This document shows positions 1 to 10,968 of a stretch of 64,000 nt of DNA, one piece after another. Origin of the DNA: Paramoeba atlantica (taxonomy: Eukaryota > Protista > Discosea); contig CDRNVI010000039.1 in the NCBI GenBank assembly GCA_977017575.1, positions 682,001 to 746,000 of the forward strand, given 5' to 3'. The translations under genes were made by a program, and so were the position numbers. The notes beneath the pieces were generated by a model. It ran no database searches, was not told the origin of the DNA, and saw only the letters and a program-made list of their open reading frames with translations. The first letter of the stretch is position 1; the number at the start of each line of letters is the position of its first letter.

Positions 1-129
1 TATACGAAGTTTGTTCTCCTGTTGAGCCATTTGTCGGATACATCTCCGAAGCACGCGCTTGTGTTCTCGTTGTGAATCCTCCACATTGGGTGAAGAGCGG
101 AACCAATTCCAAGGCAACCAGTTCCACAT
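1..129 (-). CDS. 5' part of a probable ESCRT-III (Snf7 family, VPS2/VPS24-like) gene, running off the window
   Basis: Manual translation from ATG at 129: MWNWLPWNWFRSSPNVEDSQREHKRVLRRCIRQMAQQENKLRI, a basic helical N-terminus resembling CHMP2/3. Same strand as the rest of the cluster. Confidence 0.35.
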   Translation of the reverse strand, partial: MWNWLPWNWFRSSPNVEDSQREHKRVLRRCIRQMAQQENKLRI

Positions 130-487
130 GTTCGTATTAATTTAATGCATAAGTTATATTCTCTTGAAAAAGAAATCAAATCTTTTTTGTCGTTTCGATC
201 ACCAAAGTTTCGAACTAAAATTGCGTATAAGTTCACGTATTCGTTCCGAGTAATCATCCTAGTAGAATTGTGCTTGTATATTGTCACCTTGTGAATTTAC
301 TCTATACACACTATCCACCTAGAGCCAAAAAGCTCTTATCCGTAAACTGTTACCCTCCGTCCCACTGTATACGATCCACGTATTTAGGGACCGCAATGGA
401 GAGAAAGGGACGCCTAGGTTTCCTTAGCTTCTCTCCCCTCTTTTCCTCACACGGGGTAAGTACGGTTAGCACACCTTTTGGATTCCT

Positions 488-1045
488 CTATCTATCCACA
501 AAGTGCGCATTACGAGAAGGCACCGAAAACGGGGCTAAACACTGTGCCGGAATCGGCAAACCCGCCCCCAGCGGCGTGGGCTTTAGTTGGATCTTTCGCA
601 TGGAGTTCTGGACATACGCGCGGAACAGCTCGGGATCCACCCACAGCGTCCAGTCACACGTCGTCAGGAACGTGAGCTCGAGTTTATTCACCTCCTCCCG
701 GGGTATCCCCCCAATATGGCCATAGTACCCGTTGCTGTAGTAAATGTCATCCCGGAGTTTCGCGGCGACCATCACGGCGATGAGAATCAGCCGGTGGGCG
801 TTGAAAAAACTTAGACTCGTTTTCGTCTCCCGCAGGAACCGGTCGATATAGACCAGGGCGAGCACCAGGCACTCCGGGCTGCACTTGCTGTACCGCTGGA
901 TGCGACTCACGTAGTCGGAGATGCTGATCGGGGGGACGCGACAGCTGTGGAAGGAGGTGCGGAGGGGGCTGGTTTGGGCGTTGTCGTTCGCCGCACAGTG
1001 CCATTGTAGGACGTGGGAACACAACTCAACGTAGTCTTGACTCAT
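488..1045 (-). CDS. PHO80/PCL-like (P/U-type) cyclin
   Basis: Cyclin-box motifs PPISISDYVSRIQRYSKCSPECLVLALVYIDR and HRLILIAVMVAAKLRDDIYYSN..Y..IGGI...EVNKLELTFL. The ORF is open to 1171, but MSQDY at 1045 is the more plausible start. Confidence 0.9.
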   Translation of the reverse strand: MSQDYVELCSHVLQWHCAANDNAQTSPLRTSFHSCRVPPISISDYVSRIQRYSKCSPECLVLALVYIDRFLRETKTSLSFFNAHRLILIAVMVAAKLRDDIYYSNGYYGHIGGIPREEVNKLELTFLTTCDWTLWVDPELFRAYVQNSMRKIQLKPTPLGAGLPIPAQCLAPFSVPSRNAHFVDR

Positions 1046-1251
1046 GGAGGTGGGGAGAGAGGGGTAGCAAAAAGAAAAACAGGCTGTGAAAAAAAAACAA
1101 GTAAATAGGCCCAACTTGGTATTCGTACAAATTCGTTTTTTAAGAGAATTTGGAACTGGTTCTACATGCATGTGTGTAAGGGTTCTTAGGAATGATTTTA
1201 CAAGAATACATGACTAAAAGAAAGCCAAGCACTCAAAGAACCAATCTCGCC

Positions 1252-1668
1252 TCATGTCCCCTTTGCTCTAGTCTCAAAAGGCCACCGCTTATCTTTAGGC
1301 TCCACAATATCTGAGGCAGGCGGGGCAATCTTAGGCGGCAGCACATCGGGATGAAACCTCGAGGTGAAGTTCATTCGGGAACGTCGCCCTCCTCGTTCGT
1401 TACCAAATTGCTGAAATTCCTTCTCCTCCTTATCTTGAAGGAATTTCTGCCCCTCTGTGTTGTACCACTCCTCCATTTCCCGCCACTGCAAACGGGAGGT
1501 GTGCGTGGAGAGTGTCTTGTGTGCGGTGAAATCCTCCATGGTTCGGTACCGCGAGAAGCAAAGCGCACAACTCAGTTGTGCGCCGAACTTCAGCGGAGGC
1601 GGACCCTTTTTACGTTTCGTACTCAGCGCAGGTGCAGCTTTGAAGCGGTTTAATGAGAGTGTAAACAT
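1252..1668 (-). CDS. Small C2H2 zinc-finger protein, possibly mitochondrial
   Basis: C-x2-C...H-x5-H (CALCFSRYRTMEDFTAHKTLSTH) with a basic N-terminus from MFTLS. The ORF is open to 1713. Confidence 0.6.
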   Translation of the reverse strand: MFTLSLNRFKAAPALSTKRKKGPPPLKFGAQLSCALCFSRYRTMEDFTAHKTLSTHTSRLQWREMEEWYNTEGQKFLQDKEEKEFQQFGNERGGRRSRMNFTSRFHPDVLPPKIAPPASDIVEPKDKRWPFETRAKGT

Positions 1669-1945
1669 AAAACACCGTATGAAGAATAAGAGAAAAGATC
1701 TAGTGTACTTCATTCATTGTGGTTCATGCTTCGTCAAGCACTATTTTCTCATTTTAACGTGATATTTATCCTATGAGTTTGTCGTACGTTGTACAGAAAT
1801 AAGTTTTTTAACTTTACATTTTCATTCTTTCTTCTCACCTATCTTCTTTCCTTGTAGAACAGGGTCATGCAGGTCCCTTTCCACTTCCACAAGTCCTTTG
1901 CTACTTTACTTCAACAAGATTTCACCCCACCCCATATTTTACCTC

Positions 1946-2275
1946 TTACTTTTGCTTCGGTCGTGCTCGTACCGGCGGGGTGCGCACGCGACGTAGGGTG
2001 TGGCTTCGGGGCCGCACAATCCGGTGGTGAATCGCACAGCTCACACAGTAACGCTGTTTCATGTAAACTTTAGGGAGAAACACAGTGCTGGTGTTGTACA
2101 CCACGCTGGCGTCACTGATGTCACGCACAGCGGCGGCCTCTACCATGTTGCGCACCACAAATCGCTTCACAGCCTTGTCCTTCGGGGTGAGTCGACCACA
2201 GTTCACACAGTGGACCGGTTTGGTGTGGCCACAGCCCATTTTACTGCGGCCATGGTTACGTCGTTTGATTGCCAT
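1946..2275 (-). CDS. RPS26: 40S ribosomal protein S26 (eS26)
   Basis: [51 protein letters not shown] signatures. Confidence 0.97.
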   Translation of the reverse strand: MAIKRRNHGRSKMGCGHTKPVHCVNCGRLTPKDKAVKRFVVRNMVEAAAVRDISDASVVYNTSTVFLPKVYMKQRYCVSCAIHHRIVRPRSHTLRRVRTPPVRARPKQK

Positions 2276-2499
2276 TTATGTAGGTAGAGTTTCCTCGGGG
2301 GATAAAGCGTTTTAAGGAAACAAGGTTCTAATCAAAAGAATCGAAGGAAATAACATGTGTTTGTAAAAGTGGTTGATACAAAAAGAGCTGAAGAACTATT
2401 AAAATAATGTCATTAAAGAGATCTAAGGCATCCGCCTAACAAAAAGATGCCTGACTCACAAACGTTTAGTAGGCCTTTCTTTTAGCCCTCTCTGGCCAT

Positions 2500-2937
2500 C
2501 TAGCTACCGGAGGAACACCCTTTACACCCGCATAAGGAACAACCTGTAAATGTATCGTCACTATTTCCAGAGTGGGGAACGCGACAACGACAGACCGTCC
2601 GGAAATTTGAGTTTTTCGTATCTATGCAGCGCACGCAGCAAAGGGATTCATACCCACGCGTGGACCATTTATCGATCAGAGAGGACTCCGCAAAGCCTTG
2701 GTTGATACAGAATTGTAACGTCTCATCGTCAATTTCCTCGTCCCGGTGGGCGTGAAATAAATATCGTGTGCGCTCTCTCGACACACGAAGCACAGGCCAC
2801 GTGCTTTGTGACTTCGGAACGTGTCCCGATGGTGCTAACACAACCTCGCGCATCTCGTCCTCAAATTCTGTCAAACGGTCCTCGACTTTAGAGAATCCTG
2901 TCGGTACCTTTCGGGTGCCCGGCCGCAATCGAACCAT
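2500..2937 (-). CDS. BUD31: BUD31/G10 splicing factor
   Basis: WPVLR....RTRY, LI.KW...GYESLCCVRCI, C.CRVP and terminal C..CGCKGCSSG cysteine cluster. Confidence 0.92.
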   Translation of the reverse strand: MVRLRPGTRKVPTGFSKVEDRLTEFEDEMREVVLAPSGHVPKSQSTWPVLRVSRERTRYLFHAHRDEEIDDETLQFCINQGFAESSLIDKWSTRGYESLCCVRCIDTKNSNFRTVCRCRVPHSGNSDDTFTGCSLCGCKGCSSGS

Positions 2938-3071
2938 GAAAAATATTTAAAATCTCGACTTTTGTCCTCTAATAACTTGAATAAAAAATTGATTTTTATG
3001 AGACGAGGAATCTATTTAGGACGGCTGATTAATGATGGATTTTCTTCCAATAAAAACTGTTCACGTAAAGC

Positions 3072-3476
3072 TTACGTAAGCTTGTAGTTAATTTTAATGC
3101 GGTCCATATTTTCGTTCACAAGTTCTGGTCCACATTCCAACAGTTTCTTCCAAACAGAGCTGGACTGCAAAGTCTCAGGAACTTCTTTCTTTTGACGCAT
3201 AATTAGGAATTTATACAAATCGCGATCTGAAGTTTGCAGGATCACATCCCACTCGTTCAGTTCCTTGGATGTCATAGTGGGCAAATATGCGGTGGCAAAA
3301 TTTCCAATATAGTAATCCATTTCGGCCATTCCCCTGTACGTGCTTTGAAAAAGGAGACGCTTGCGTTTGCCTTCAAGATCTGTGTCCTTTCTCGCCTGAT
3401 CTATAACAGGCGAAGTGGCTACTGCACTGAGAATTTTGGGAAGTTCTCTGCATAGAAAAACGCTCGTCACGTACAT
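3072..3476 (-). CDS. SDHAF2: Succinate dehydrogenase assembly factor 2 (Sdh5 family)
   Basis: RKRLLFQSTYRGMAEMD (RKRL.Y.S..RG..E.D motif) and L...D.DLY. Confidence 0.88.
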   Translation of the reverse strand: MYVTSVFLCRELPKILSAVATSPVIDQARKDTDLEGKRKRLLFQSTYRGMAEMDYYIGNFATAYLPTMTSKELNEWDVILQTSDRDLYKFLIMRQKKEVPETLQSSSVWKKLLECGPELVNENMDRIKINYKLT

Positions 3477-3670
3477 TTTCCTCTATAATTCAAGATAGTA
3501 ATCACGCAAAAATGTACATAAGAAACTAAACGAAATACTGACTAGAAGAAAGGGGGGATCACAGTACCGAAATATCGAAACAAGCCCCGATCACGTTGAC
3601 TCAGTTTTACTAAGACCCAACATGTTTTGATTTTCCATGTATTAGTTTCCAAAATGTACAAAAACTACAC

Positions 3671-4573
3671 TCAAAACTTAAATACCTCATGGGGGGCGTA
3701 TTTTGCCTCTCGCAACAGCCCCCTGAGCGCACCCTGACGCGAGGGTGTGGTGGTAAAATCCCTGTCCCCCGATATCGCCTCCATAAACCCCGGAGGCCCA
3801 CACACCAGCGTCACCGCATCCCGCGCCCCCGGCTGTGGCAGCACATTCCGTATCATATCCGGATTCACATGGCCCAGCCCCCCACTCCACCCCTTCTTCG
3901 GCCTCGACAACGTAATATACACATAGAAATTCTCCCGCCGCCCGAGCTCCGCCAGCTCCCTCGCCAGCAGCACATCCTCCTCCCCCCTGCAGCTGTAGAT
4001 CAGCCTCACCCGGGTCCGGTCCTCCGGGTCCGCTGCGATCGCCCTCATCAGCTGCACCATCGGGGTCACCCCCGTCCCCGCGGCGACCATCCCCACCTCC
4101 TTCCACCTGTTCCGCTCGTAGGGGAACTTCACGAACGGTCCCTTCACCTCCACCGCGTCCCCGGGCCGCATCCCGAACAGGTGGGACCCCATGCGGCTGT
4201 CGGGGTAGCGCTTCACCAGGAGCTCGAGGGCGCCGCGGGAGGGGGGGCCGCTCAGGGGGGTGTAGGGGCGCACGACCTCCGTGCCCTCGGGGGTCACGTA
4301 GCGCAGCACGACGCAGCAGGCCGGGGGGGTGGGGGCGGGGGTGTCGGGGTCGGGGAGCGCGAGACGGAGCCGTTTCGTGTCCGGGGACTCGTAGGTGGCG
4401 TGGAGGAGGGGGAGGGGGGTGTAGGTGGAGGGGGAGAGGGCAGGGGGAGGGGGAGGGGGGGAAGGGGGGGAGGCCTGGACAGGGGTGTAGACCAGGGCGG
4501 TGGTGGTGGTGAGGGCGGTGGTGAAACCGAGAGCGAAACGGAACCAGGGGCGGTGGAGGGGTTTAAGGGGCAT
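3671..4573 (-). CDS. NADH-cytochrome b5 reductase (MCR1-like, N-terminal membrane/targeting segment)
   Basis: FAD motif VRPYTP, KGP, NADH motif AAGTGVTPM, VCGPPGFM and terminal VFKF. The ORF-track start (4717) lies inside a MITE fragment, so MPLKP at 4573 is used. Confidence 0.92.
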   Translation of the reverse strand: MPLKPLHRPWFRFALGFTTALTTTTALVYTPVQASPPSPPPPPPALSPSTYTPLPLLHATYESPDTKRLRLALPDPDTPAPTPPACCVVLRYVTPEGTEVVRPYTPLSGPPSRGALELLVKRYPDSRMGSHLFGMRPGDAVEVKGPFVKFPYERNRWKEVGMVAAGTGVTPMVQLMRAIAADPEDRTRVRLIYSCRGEEDVLLARELAELGRRENFYVYITLSRPKKGWSGGLGHVNPDMIRNVLPQPGARDAVTLVCGPPGFMEAISGDRDFTTTPSRQGALRGLLREAKYAPHEVFKF

Positions 4574-4653
4574 GGTGGTGGTGGGGAGAGAGGATGAAGA
4601 GACAAGTAAAAGAGTTCGTGTCGTGAAAAATCCGGTATTGGCATCACTCTGTT

Positions 4654-4975
4654 GTATTCTTTTGGATCGCATAAGAGGGTTGAAACCTATGAAAGACAAA
4701 ACCCGCATATTTCTCATTGACGTGGCGAAGAAAAGTACTCCCCCCTAGTTATCTGTCACACGTCACCCCCCCTAGTTATCTGTCACTTTTTGGCACTTCG
4801 ATTTTTTTTCGTTGACTACCCCCCTAGTTATCTGTCACTTTTTAAAATTAGGTAAAATGGCTGTTTCCAAAAAAAAATCATAAAAAGAAACTTCCAGTTT
4901 TTCTTTTTGTGTTTCAAGCGAATGGTCGTGCGTGGTGCTAATATAAACCGTTTCTGTAATTCGTTTCTTGCGTCA
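4654..4975 (-). mobile_element. Internal fragment of the 8924-9443 MITE family (inverted copy)
   Basis: Near-identical reverse complement of about 9074-9378, with three CCCCCTAGTTATCTGTCAC motifs. Confidence 0.9.
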
Positions 4976-5120
4976 TGAAGTGCATTCAAGACAACTATGG
5001 TCTTCCCTCCCCCGAAGAATTTGAGTAAGTGAGTTCCGTCAGTTGTGCATCGGACTACGAGGGATATTAAATACCCGTACACAGGCAGTACTTTTTTTGT
5101 GCATTAGAGTATAAGGAACA

Positions 5121-5151
5121 AAAAAATACTGTATATTATACAGTATTTTTT
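5121..5151. repeat. Perfect 31-bp hairpin (15-bp arms) resembling two fused MITE termini
   Basis: AAAAAATACTGTATA-T-TATACAGTATTTTTT; contains TA|CTGT...ACAG|TA, as at the local MITE ends. Confidence 0.7.
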
Positions 5152-5830
5152 GCTGAGACTCAGAGCTCAACCTGGCTGGCTAAAAAAACAAGAACTGACT
5201 GGTAAAAAAATGTGTTGGGCACTGAAATTTTCTTACATGCAAGGCACTAATCCTTCAAGACCTAAAGATACTGTTTCTGTCCTTACCGTCCCTGTTGGTA
5301 CGCGCCAGGGATCTTACCGTTTCGCTTACCATTAACCTTGCTTACTAAAAAACGTTTCCGAAAACCGCTCGTTCAACGTTCAATGAATTGAGTGCCAGTT
5401 CGTTGACTCTTCAACGAAAAATCGATACATCTTCTTCGCGTTTCCGTTCCTCGAACAGGACGTGCTGCACTCCACTCATCAAACTCATTGCTCGTTCGAT
5501 GACCTTGCAGTCCCCAATAGTCTTTTATACTGCTGGCAATGCTCCTTCTCCACGTACGAAGAAACGCGGACGTCCAACAGGCTCACAGCCCCCCCCCCAC
5601 GTACAGTTCAAACCTCCGAATTGGAGGTTGACGAATTACAAAAGTCAAATTCCGGAAAGTTTATGTATCGAAAATTCAAAATTGTAAAGAAAAGTCTACT
5701 CTAGTGTAAGATAAAGAAAGACCTTTTACTTAGGTAAATAGGACCTTTTACTGTAAGATAAATAAAGACTTTTACTTGGTGTCAAAGGACATTTCGTCAG
5801 AAGAATGGTGCATAGCTTGTATTCTCGAGT

Positions 5831-6127
5831 CTAAGCTGAGGAGCCTGAATCCCGCCCCAAACACATCTCCATAAGCATACAAACCGCACTAACATACGCG
5901 AAAACGGCTCGACCGTCATCCAAGAGGATGCGTAGCTCATTATATCCTTCAGTACTCAAATGTATCCTTCGATACATTTTCGTATACTCCTGAGTAATTT
6001 CAGCCAAAAACGTCGGTCCTTCCATCGCGATGCGGAATCTCTCAAACTTGCAACATTTCGCCAACATAAGAACAGAAAGAAGTGTTCTCCATATGCTCCC
6101 ATTTGAGTTAGACTGGCTTAGCTTCAA
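5831..6127 (-). CDS. Hypothetical protein (weak resemblance to an RNase PH-type exosome core segment)
   Basis: On the cluster strand; ILLDDGRAVFAYVSAVCMLM loosely resembles the DDG..AA..A..LAL motif. Not verified. Confidence 0.3.
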   Translation of the reverse strand: MKLSQSNSNGSIWRTLLSVLMLAKCCKFERFRIAMEGPTFLAEITQEYTKMYRRIHLSTEGYNELRILLDDGRAVFAYVSAVCMLMEMCLGRDSGSSA

Positions 6128-6230
6128 GTATGCTAAAGTATGCTTTAAGTAATTCCTAAGAGATTAAGGAATCAAAAAGAACATTACTTAATGCATGAAA
6201 CTGCCAAATGGAGTTCTTCAAATACAACTA

Positions 6231-6470
6231 CTATTTCGCATCAGCAAGCTTTCGAAGTTGATCAAGATGATACTTATGCAAAATCGTGCTTTTATACGAG
6301 AATTGCCCTCGACGGTGCATGTCCAAGTGCTTTTCGTAGTCTTCGATTGCATTCATTCGAACTATCTTCGACCCGATCATAATGACGGGCACCGCAACTA
6401 ATCCAGCAAATACATATTTTGCCGACATTATGAAAAAAGAGAAAAGTCTTTTTTTGAAAGATATGGTCAA
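6231..6470 (-). CDS. Hypothetical small single-pass membrane protein
   Basis: On the cluster strand; hydrophobic YVFAGLVAVPVIMIG followed by a charged tail. Likely start MSAKY at about 6428. Confidence 0.45.
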   Translation of the reverse strand: MTISFKKRLFSFFIMSAKYVFAGLVAVPVIMIGSKIVRMNAIEDYEKHLDMHRRGQFSYKSTILHKYHLDQLRKLADAK

Positions 6471-6726
6471 AAGAAGCTGAGTGAAATATTATTAAAGGAA
6501 TCGAACCTTCAAATCCGGCATGAGTACACCATACAAGAATACCAGCTTGAAATATCGTACGTACGTTTTAGGTAAACAAGACGTATCTTTAAAAAAAACC
6601 AGCGCTCTGTACTTGAGCTCTGTAAGTGAATCTTTACTCCTTCCCTTTACCTTGTGGAGTGTATATTCCTCAAAATAGATGCGACATCTCCACGGAAGCA
6701 ATAAACAACTGTTGGTAAAGTCACAC

Positions 6727-8157
6727 CTATTCATCATGTCGAACTCTTTTCGCACGCTTTTTCCTCAACGAGCTCTCGGATAACCCTAAATCCACAATGG
6801 GAGCCGTCTCCATCCCGAACCCCGCCGCTACCTTGGACAAATCCAACGCGTACACGTCAAACACCACTTTCAGCGAGTGCGTCGCGTAGCTCTGCAGAAA
6901 CGACTTATACGCCTCATGCGCGCTTCTTCTCAAATAGTAATTCTTCCCTACGAGCGATTGCAACTCCATTTGCAGTGCCACATTCAGTTTTTTCGTATCC
7001 ATCGCATACTGCTGCAGTGGATTCGTCAATTTCGCCGTTAAAAAATCCAAAAACGGCGTTTCCTGGGGGCTCAGCATCAGCAGTGCGTTGCCACAGCCCT
7101 GTTCCCCCCGGGCGGTGCGGCCCACCCGGTGGACATACTTCGTCACACTCTCCGGCGCATCCAGCTGGACCACCCAATCCACCGCGGGGAAGTCCAGCCC
7201 GCGGGCCGCGACATCCGTAGTGAGCAGCGTCACCCCGTGGCTGGCCGCACAGAACTGGTGGAACGTGGAGGTGCGGGTCGACTGCCGCAACTGGCCATGC
7301 AGCGGGGTACACGGGATGTCCAGGTAGTTCAAGAGATCCGCAAAGTAGCGTACTTGGTTACAGGTGGCCACAAAGACCAGCACTTTTTGTCCACTCCTGT
7401 GGTATTTTTTGAGTAACGTGTAGAGCAGGAGGAATTTGTGTTCCGGGGGGACCGCGACGAAGCCGTGGGCGAGGCGGTGACAGACATCGGAGGCGTTCTT
7501 GTGGGTGGAAATGTGCTCGAGGGTGCCGAATTGTTGAATCACACGTTGCATGGCGTCACGTGCTGTGTGGTCCTGGGTGGCGGAAAAGAGCATGAGCTGG
7601 AGATCTGTTTTCGGGAGCTTTGAGAGAATTTCGGTGACGTGCTCTTCAAAGCCGCTGTCAAGAATGCGATCTGCCTCATCCAGGCAGAATACTTTGAGGG
7701 AAGGAAATTTCCATGCCGTGAAAGACTGCATGTGGTCCAACACACGCCCCGGACACCCAATGACAATATTGGCCTTCAGCAGCCGAGCGTGGTCCTGTGA
7801 CTTTTTCGTACCCCCGATGACAGTGACCCATTTGATTCTTCCATCGAACCCCGTCAAAAGTTTTTCCAAAATTTTTTCAGTTTGTAATGATAGCTCTCGA
7901 GTGGGTGATAGTACGATGGCGTATGGACATGGATCTGCACTGCGCTTATGTTGCTGTAAGCGAGAAACGATCGGTATAAGAAAGCAGAGCGTTTTACCCC
8001 CGCCCGTTTCGGCTTGCACGCTACAACTGCGCCCAGATAATAGCGCAGGGAGAGCGGACGACTGAATTTGAGTGGGGCTTGTGAATTTGAACTCAGTGTG
8101 TAACGTACGGAGTACGTTGGGGTCGATCTGTGGGACAATGGAGCTAAAAGACGACAT
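6727..8157 (-). CDS. HAS1: DEAD-box RNA helicase HAS1/DDX18
   Basis: Q motif, AETGGGKT, PTREL, DEAD, SAT, ARGLD, YVHRVGRTARG and the HAS1-type C-terminus (NYYLRRSAHEAYKSFLQSYATHSLK.VFDV..LDL.KVA..FG). Confidence 0.93.
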   Translation of the reverse strand: MSSFSSIVPQIDPNVLRTLHTEFKFTSPTQIQSSALPALLSGRSCSVQAETGGGKTLCFLIPIVSRLQQHKRSADPCPYAIVLSPTRELSLQTEKILEKLLTGFDGRIKWVTVIGGTKKSQDHARLLKANIVIGCPGRVLDHMQSFTAWKFPSLKVFCLDEADRILDSGFEEHVTEILSKLPKTDLQLMLFSATQDHTARDAMQRVIQQFGTLEHISTHKNASDVCHRLAHGFVAVPPEHKFLLLYTLLKKYHRSGQKVLVFVATCNQVRYFADLLNYLDIPCTPLHGQLRQSTRTSTFHQFCAASHGVTLLTTDVAARGLDFPAVDWVVQLDAPESVTKYVHRVGRTARGEQGCGNALLMLSPQETPFLDFLTAKLTNPLQQYAMDTKKLNVALQMELQSLVGKNYYLRRSAHEAYKSFLQSYATHSLKVVFDVYALDLSKVAAGFGMETAPIVDLGLSESSLRKKRAKRVRHDE

Positions 8158-8923
8158 GTGGAAGTAAAATAGTTTAGAAGTGAGATACTGGAGTATTCAT
8201 TTAATAGCTGAATATTCAGTCGTATTCTTTAAAGCTTTGTCAAAATTCAAGTAGATAATTCCCGTAGGCTACTAAGAGGGTTGAAACAGGTGGGTGCATC
8301 CGGGTGCTGCTGAGCTAGGGGAGGGGTGATTTTTTTATGAACTTGCGTTCACAAAAACGAACGTTGTGAAATTGACGTATTTAAACCCTCCACAGCGAAA
8401 ATTCACCCCCGCCCTCACGAACTTTGCAGCCAAGTGACCGTTTGAGCTGATTTTTGTTGCATTTTGAAGATCTCAACACAAAGACTTTGCGTGCTAAAAA
8501 CTGGAATCAAAAATATCTTTAAGGATGGTTTTTATTTATAATACATTTATCATTTTTTCGCTTTTTCGCCATTCAATTTTGTACACGCTTTGAGGCGAAT
8601 ATCGAAACTCAAAAAAGTTTTATCAATCATTTTTGTAGAAAACGAGACCACGCCTTGCGTATACATCGTGCATCGGATGAGTGAAGGTTTACCTGGATTC
8701 TGCTCGTCCACTACCTCTTGGACCATTGATCAAAGGTTTTCTATAGGGGAAAGGTCTGGTGAATTGGGGGAACTGTTTTCAGTGTACTCCTTGGCGGTAC
8801 GTGCGGTGTATGCCGTGGCCCCGTCTTAATGAAAAATACAATTCCGTGGGAAAGGTACCTTTAGTAACGTTGTAATTAGGACATTCTCGTGATGGACAAA
8901 GCAGAGTCCAGAACAATGAAGTA

Positions 8924-9443
8924 CTGTACCCCCCCCCTACTTATCTGTCACTACTCTTCGTGAAAAGGTGACAGATAACTAGGGGGGGTAGGGGTGTGAC
9001 AGATAACTAGGCGGATCAGTGTGCGACAGATAACTAGGGAGGGTGTCTGTCGCAAAAAAAAGTCAGAACATGGAATTACAGAAACGGTTTATCATAGCAC
9101 CACGCACGACCATTCACTTGAAACACAAAAAGAAAAACTGGAAGTTTCATTTTATGATTTTTTTTGGAAAAAGCTATTTTAGCTATTTTTAAAAAGTGAC
9201 AGATAACTAGGAGGGTAGTCGACGAAAAAAAATCGAAGCGCCAAAAAGTGACAGATAACTAGGGGGGGTGACGTGTGACAGATAACTAGGGGGGAGTACT
9301 TTTCTTCGCCACGTCAATGAGAAATATGCGGGTTTTGTCTTTCATAGGTTTCAACCCTCTTATGCGGTCTAAAAGAATAAAAAAAAGTTTAAAAGAATAA
9401 CAAAGGGGGGTTGACGTGTGACAGATAACTAGGGGGGGCACAG
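8924..9443. mobile_element. 520-bp MITE, TA target duplication, about 28-bp TIR, many subterminal GTGACAGATAACTAGGG repeats
   Basis: TA|CTGTACCCCCCCCCTACTTATCTGTCAC ... GTGACAGATAACTAGGGGGGGCACAG|TA. Confidence 0.9.
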
Positions 9444-9967
9444 TATCTTCACCCTACTCCTATAGCACCCCAAACTTGCCATCTAGGCGCCCAGCGTACT
9501 TTTTGACGTGGGGCGACTTTTTCACCGGGTACTATCCACGTACCCGGTTTTATCCTCGGTTTTATCCAACGTAAAATGAAGACTTACGCACAATCAGGCA
9601 TGTTCCACACCGATCGATATCAGTGTCTTCCAGTCTGAGCCGGAGGAGCGCTACATGAAAACAAAAGACAGTTAATTCGAGCGCTAGCCGATGCCTCTCA
9701 GATGGATCGTCAAGTGGTAGAACAGTCTTTCAAACTGAAATTATAGGACATCGACGGAGCAAGATATTAAGCCAATTGCGTAAGTATCTAGACTGATACC
9801 GTGTATAAGAAAATCAGCTTATAAAGCCCAATTGGTTAGCACAAAAAATACCAGGGGTCCCTAAAACTTTATATACATATACTGTATATAGTTTATAGTA
9901 TTTCAAAAAAAAAATAGTACTATAAATGCCATTTATAGTACTATAAATACTTTAAAGTGTTTGAGAA

Positions 9968-10058
9968 ACTTTAAGGGAGAAACTTTTAAGGGAGGCTAAA
10001 GGGAGAAACTTTTTTAAGGGAGAAACTTTAAGGGAGAAACTTTTAAGGGAGGCTAAAA
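9968..10058. repeat. Short tandem repeat of GGGAGAAACTTTTAA / GGGAGGCTAAA units
   Basis: Repeated units read directly from the sequence. Confidence 0.8.
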
Positions 10059-10303
10059 GGGGTTCAAGAAGCCCAAAATTGTATTGGATGTTGTAAGGGG
10101 TGCTCATCTCGGGGGCCTGGCGTTCGGCTCGCAGTTCCGGGGTTGAAAACCCTTTTCTGAGATGGCAGTCTCAGGGAGGCTCCATGTTGAGGGTGTCAAA
10201 AGCTTACCGAGAACTAGTTGGTCGGCGTCTGTACCATCAGTGAGATGGCAGTGTCAGGGAAGACCACGAGAAGGTCCCGACCTTGCTCCCCATGTTCAGG
10301 GTG

Positions 10304-10522
10304 TCAAAAGCTGAGTAAGTTGTTGATCGTACTTTCCCCAGGAACACAGCGCAGTCCCTTCGTAAGAAGCCACTTAAGGTTTGGGTCCTGCAAAGCAGCA
10401 TTGCTAACCCCATGATTGATTTTCCATAGGAGGTGTCGCTGAAATTCCTGTAATTGTGGTTTCACGGTGAAGGCATCCAAAGTTCCTCGTTCCACACGTT
10501 TTTGACGCTGAGTGCTTAACAT
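10304..10522 (-). pseudogene. Possible hAT-like transposase fragment
   Basis: QRQKR...TLDAF...FQRHLLW.I..G.S...LQDPNLK.LL...VPGESTI resembles the region following the BED finger in hAT transposases; short and unverified. Confidence 0.3.
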
Positions 10523-10968
10523 CCACTCTTCAAAATTGGAGGAAGTGCACCTACAATCTTACACAAGGGCAAATCGGCTCAATCCGTAATGACGGATGTC
10601 GCACCAAGGGGGTTTAGCACGGACCCTGTCGGTAGAGGGGGTCCAGGCAACTCGCCCTCTCTTTACGCAGCCGGAGGGGCGCACTGCAACCGAGCGCTGC
10701 CTCGCGATAAGACGAGTCAGAGCCACGCCCAGTGGTCCTCAAGGGAGGCCACCGTGGTGCATGGCTCCCCGGGAAGGAAAGGCGCGAAGGTAAGAAAGCC
10801 GGGGAGGGAAGTAAACTCATTCAAAGAGTGATCCGGGAAGGAGTGAAGGGGTGGAAACGCGTCCCCTGCTTCGCCGAGAAAGAGGGACAGTTTCGGCCTT
10901 AGTGCCGGCCGGCAACGGGCATATAAAACAGCAAGACTATGCCCGTTGCCGGGGAAAGAAAAGATGAA

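Noticed and set aside
3552-3566. GGGGGGATCACAG|TA, resembling a right MITE end
   Set aside because: No matching left end found in the 75 bp available upstream; may be a relic or chance.
3671-4573. Claim that the b5 reductase gene is a horizontal transfer
   Set aside because: Composition alone is insufficient, and similar GC patches occur in the cyclin and HAS1; needs a phylogeny.
3687-4647. Overlapping Pro-, Gly- and His-rich ORFs around the b5 reductase gene
   Set aside because: Shadow frames of very GC-rich coding sequence.
10589-10952. Possible HDV-like or hammerhead ribozyme (GGCCGAAAC, long hairpins, GCTAA)
   Set aside because: No CTGANGA core and no P1/P3/L3 nested pseudoknot could be built on either strand.
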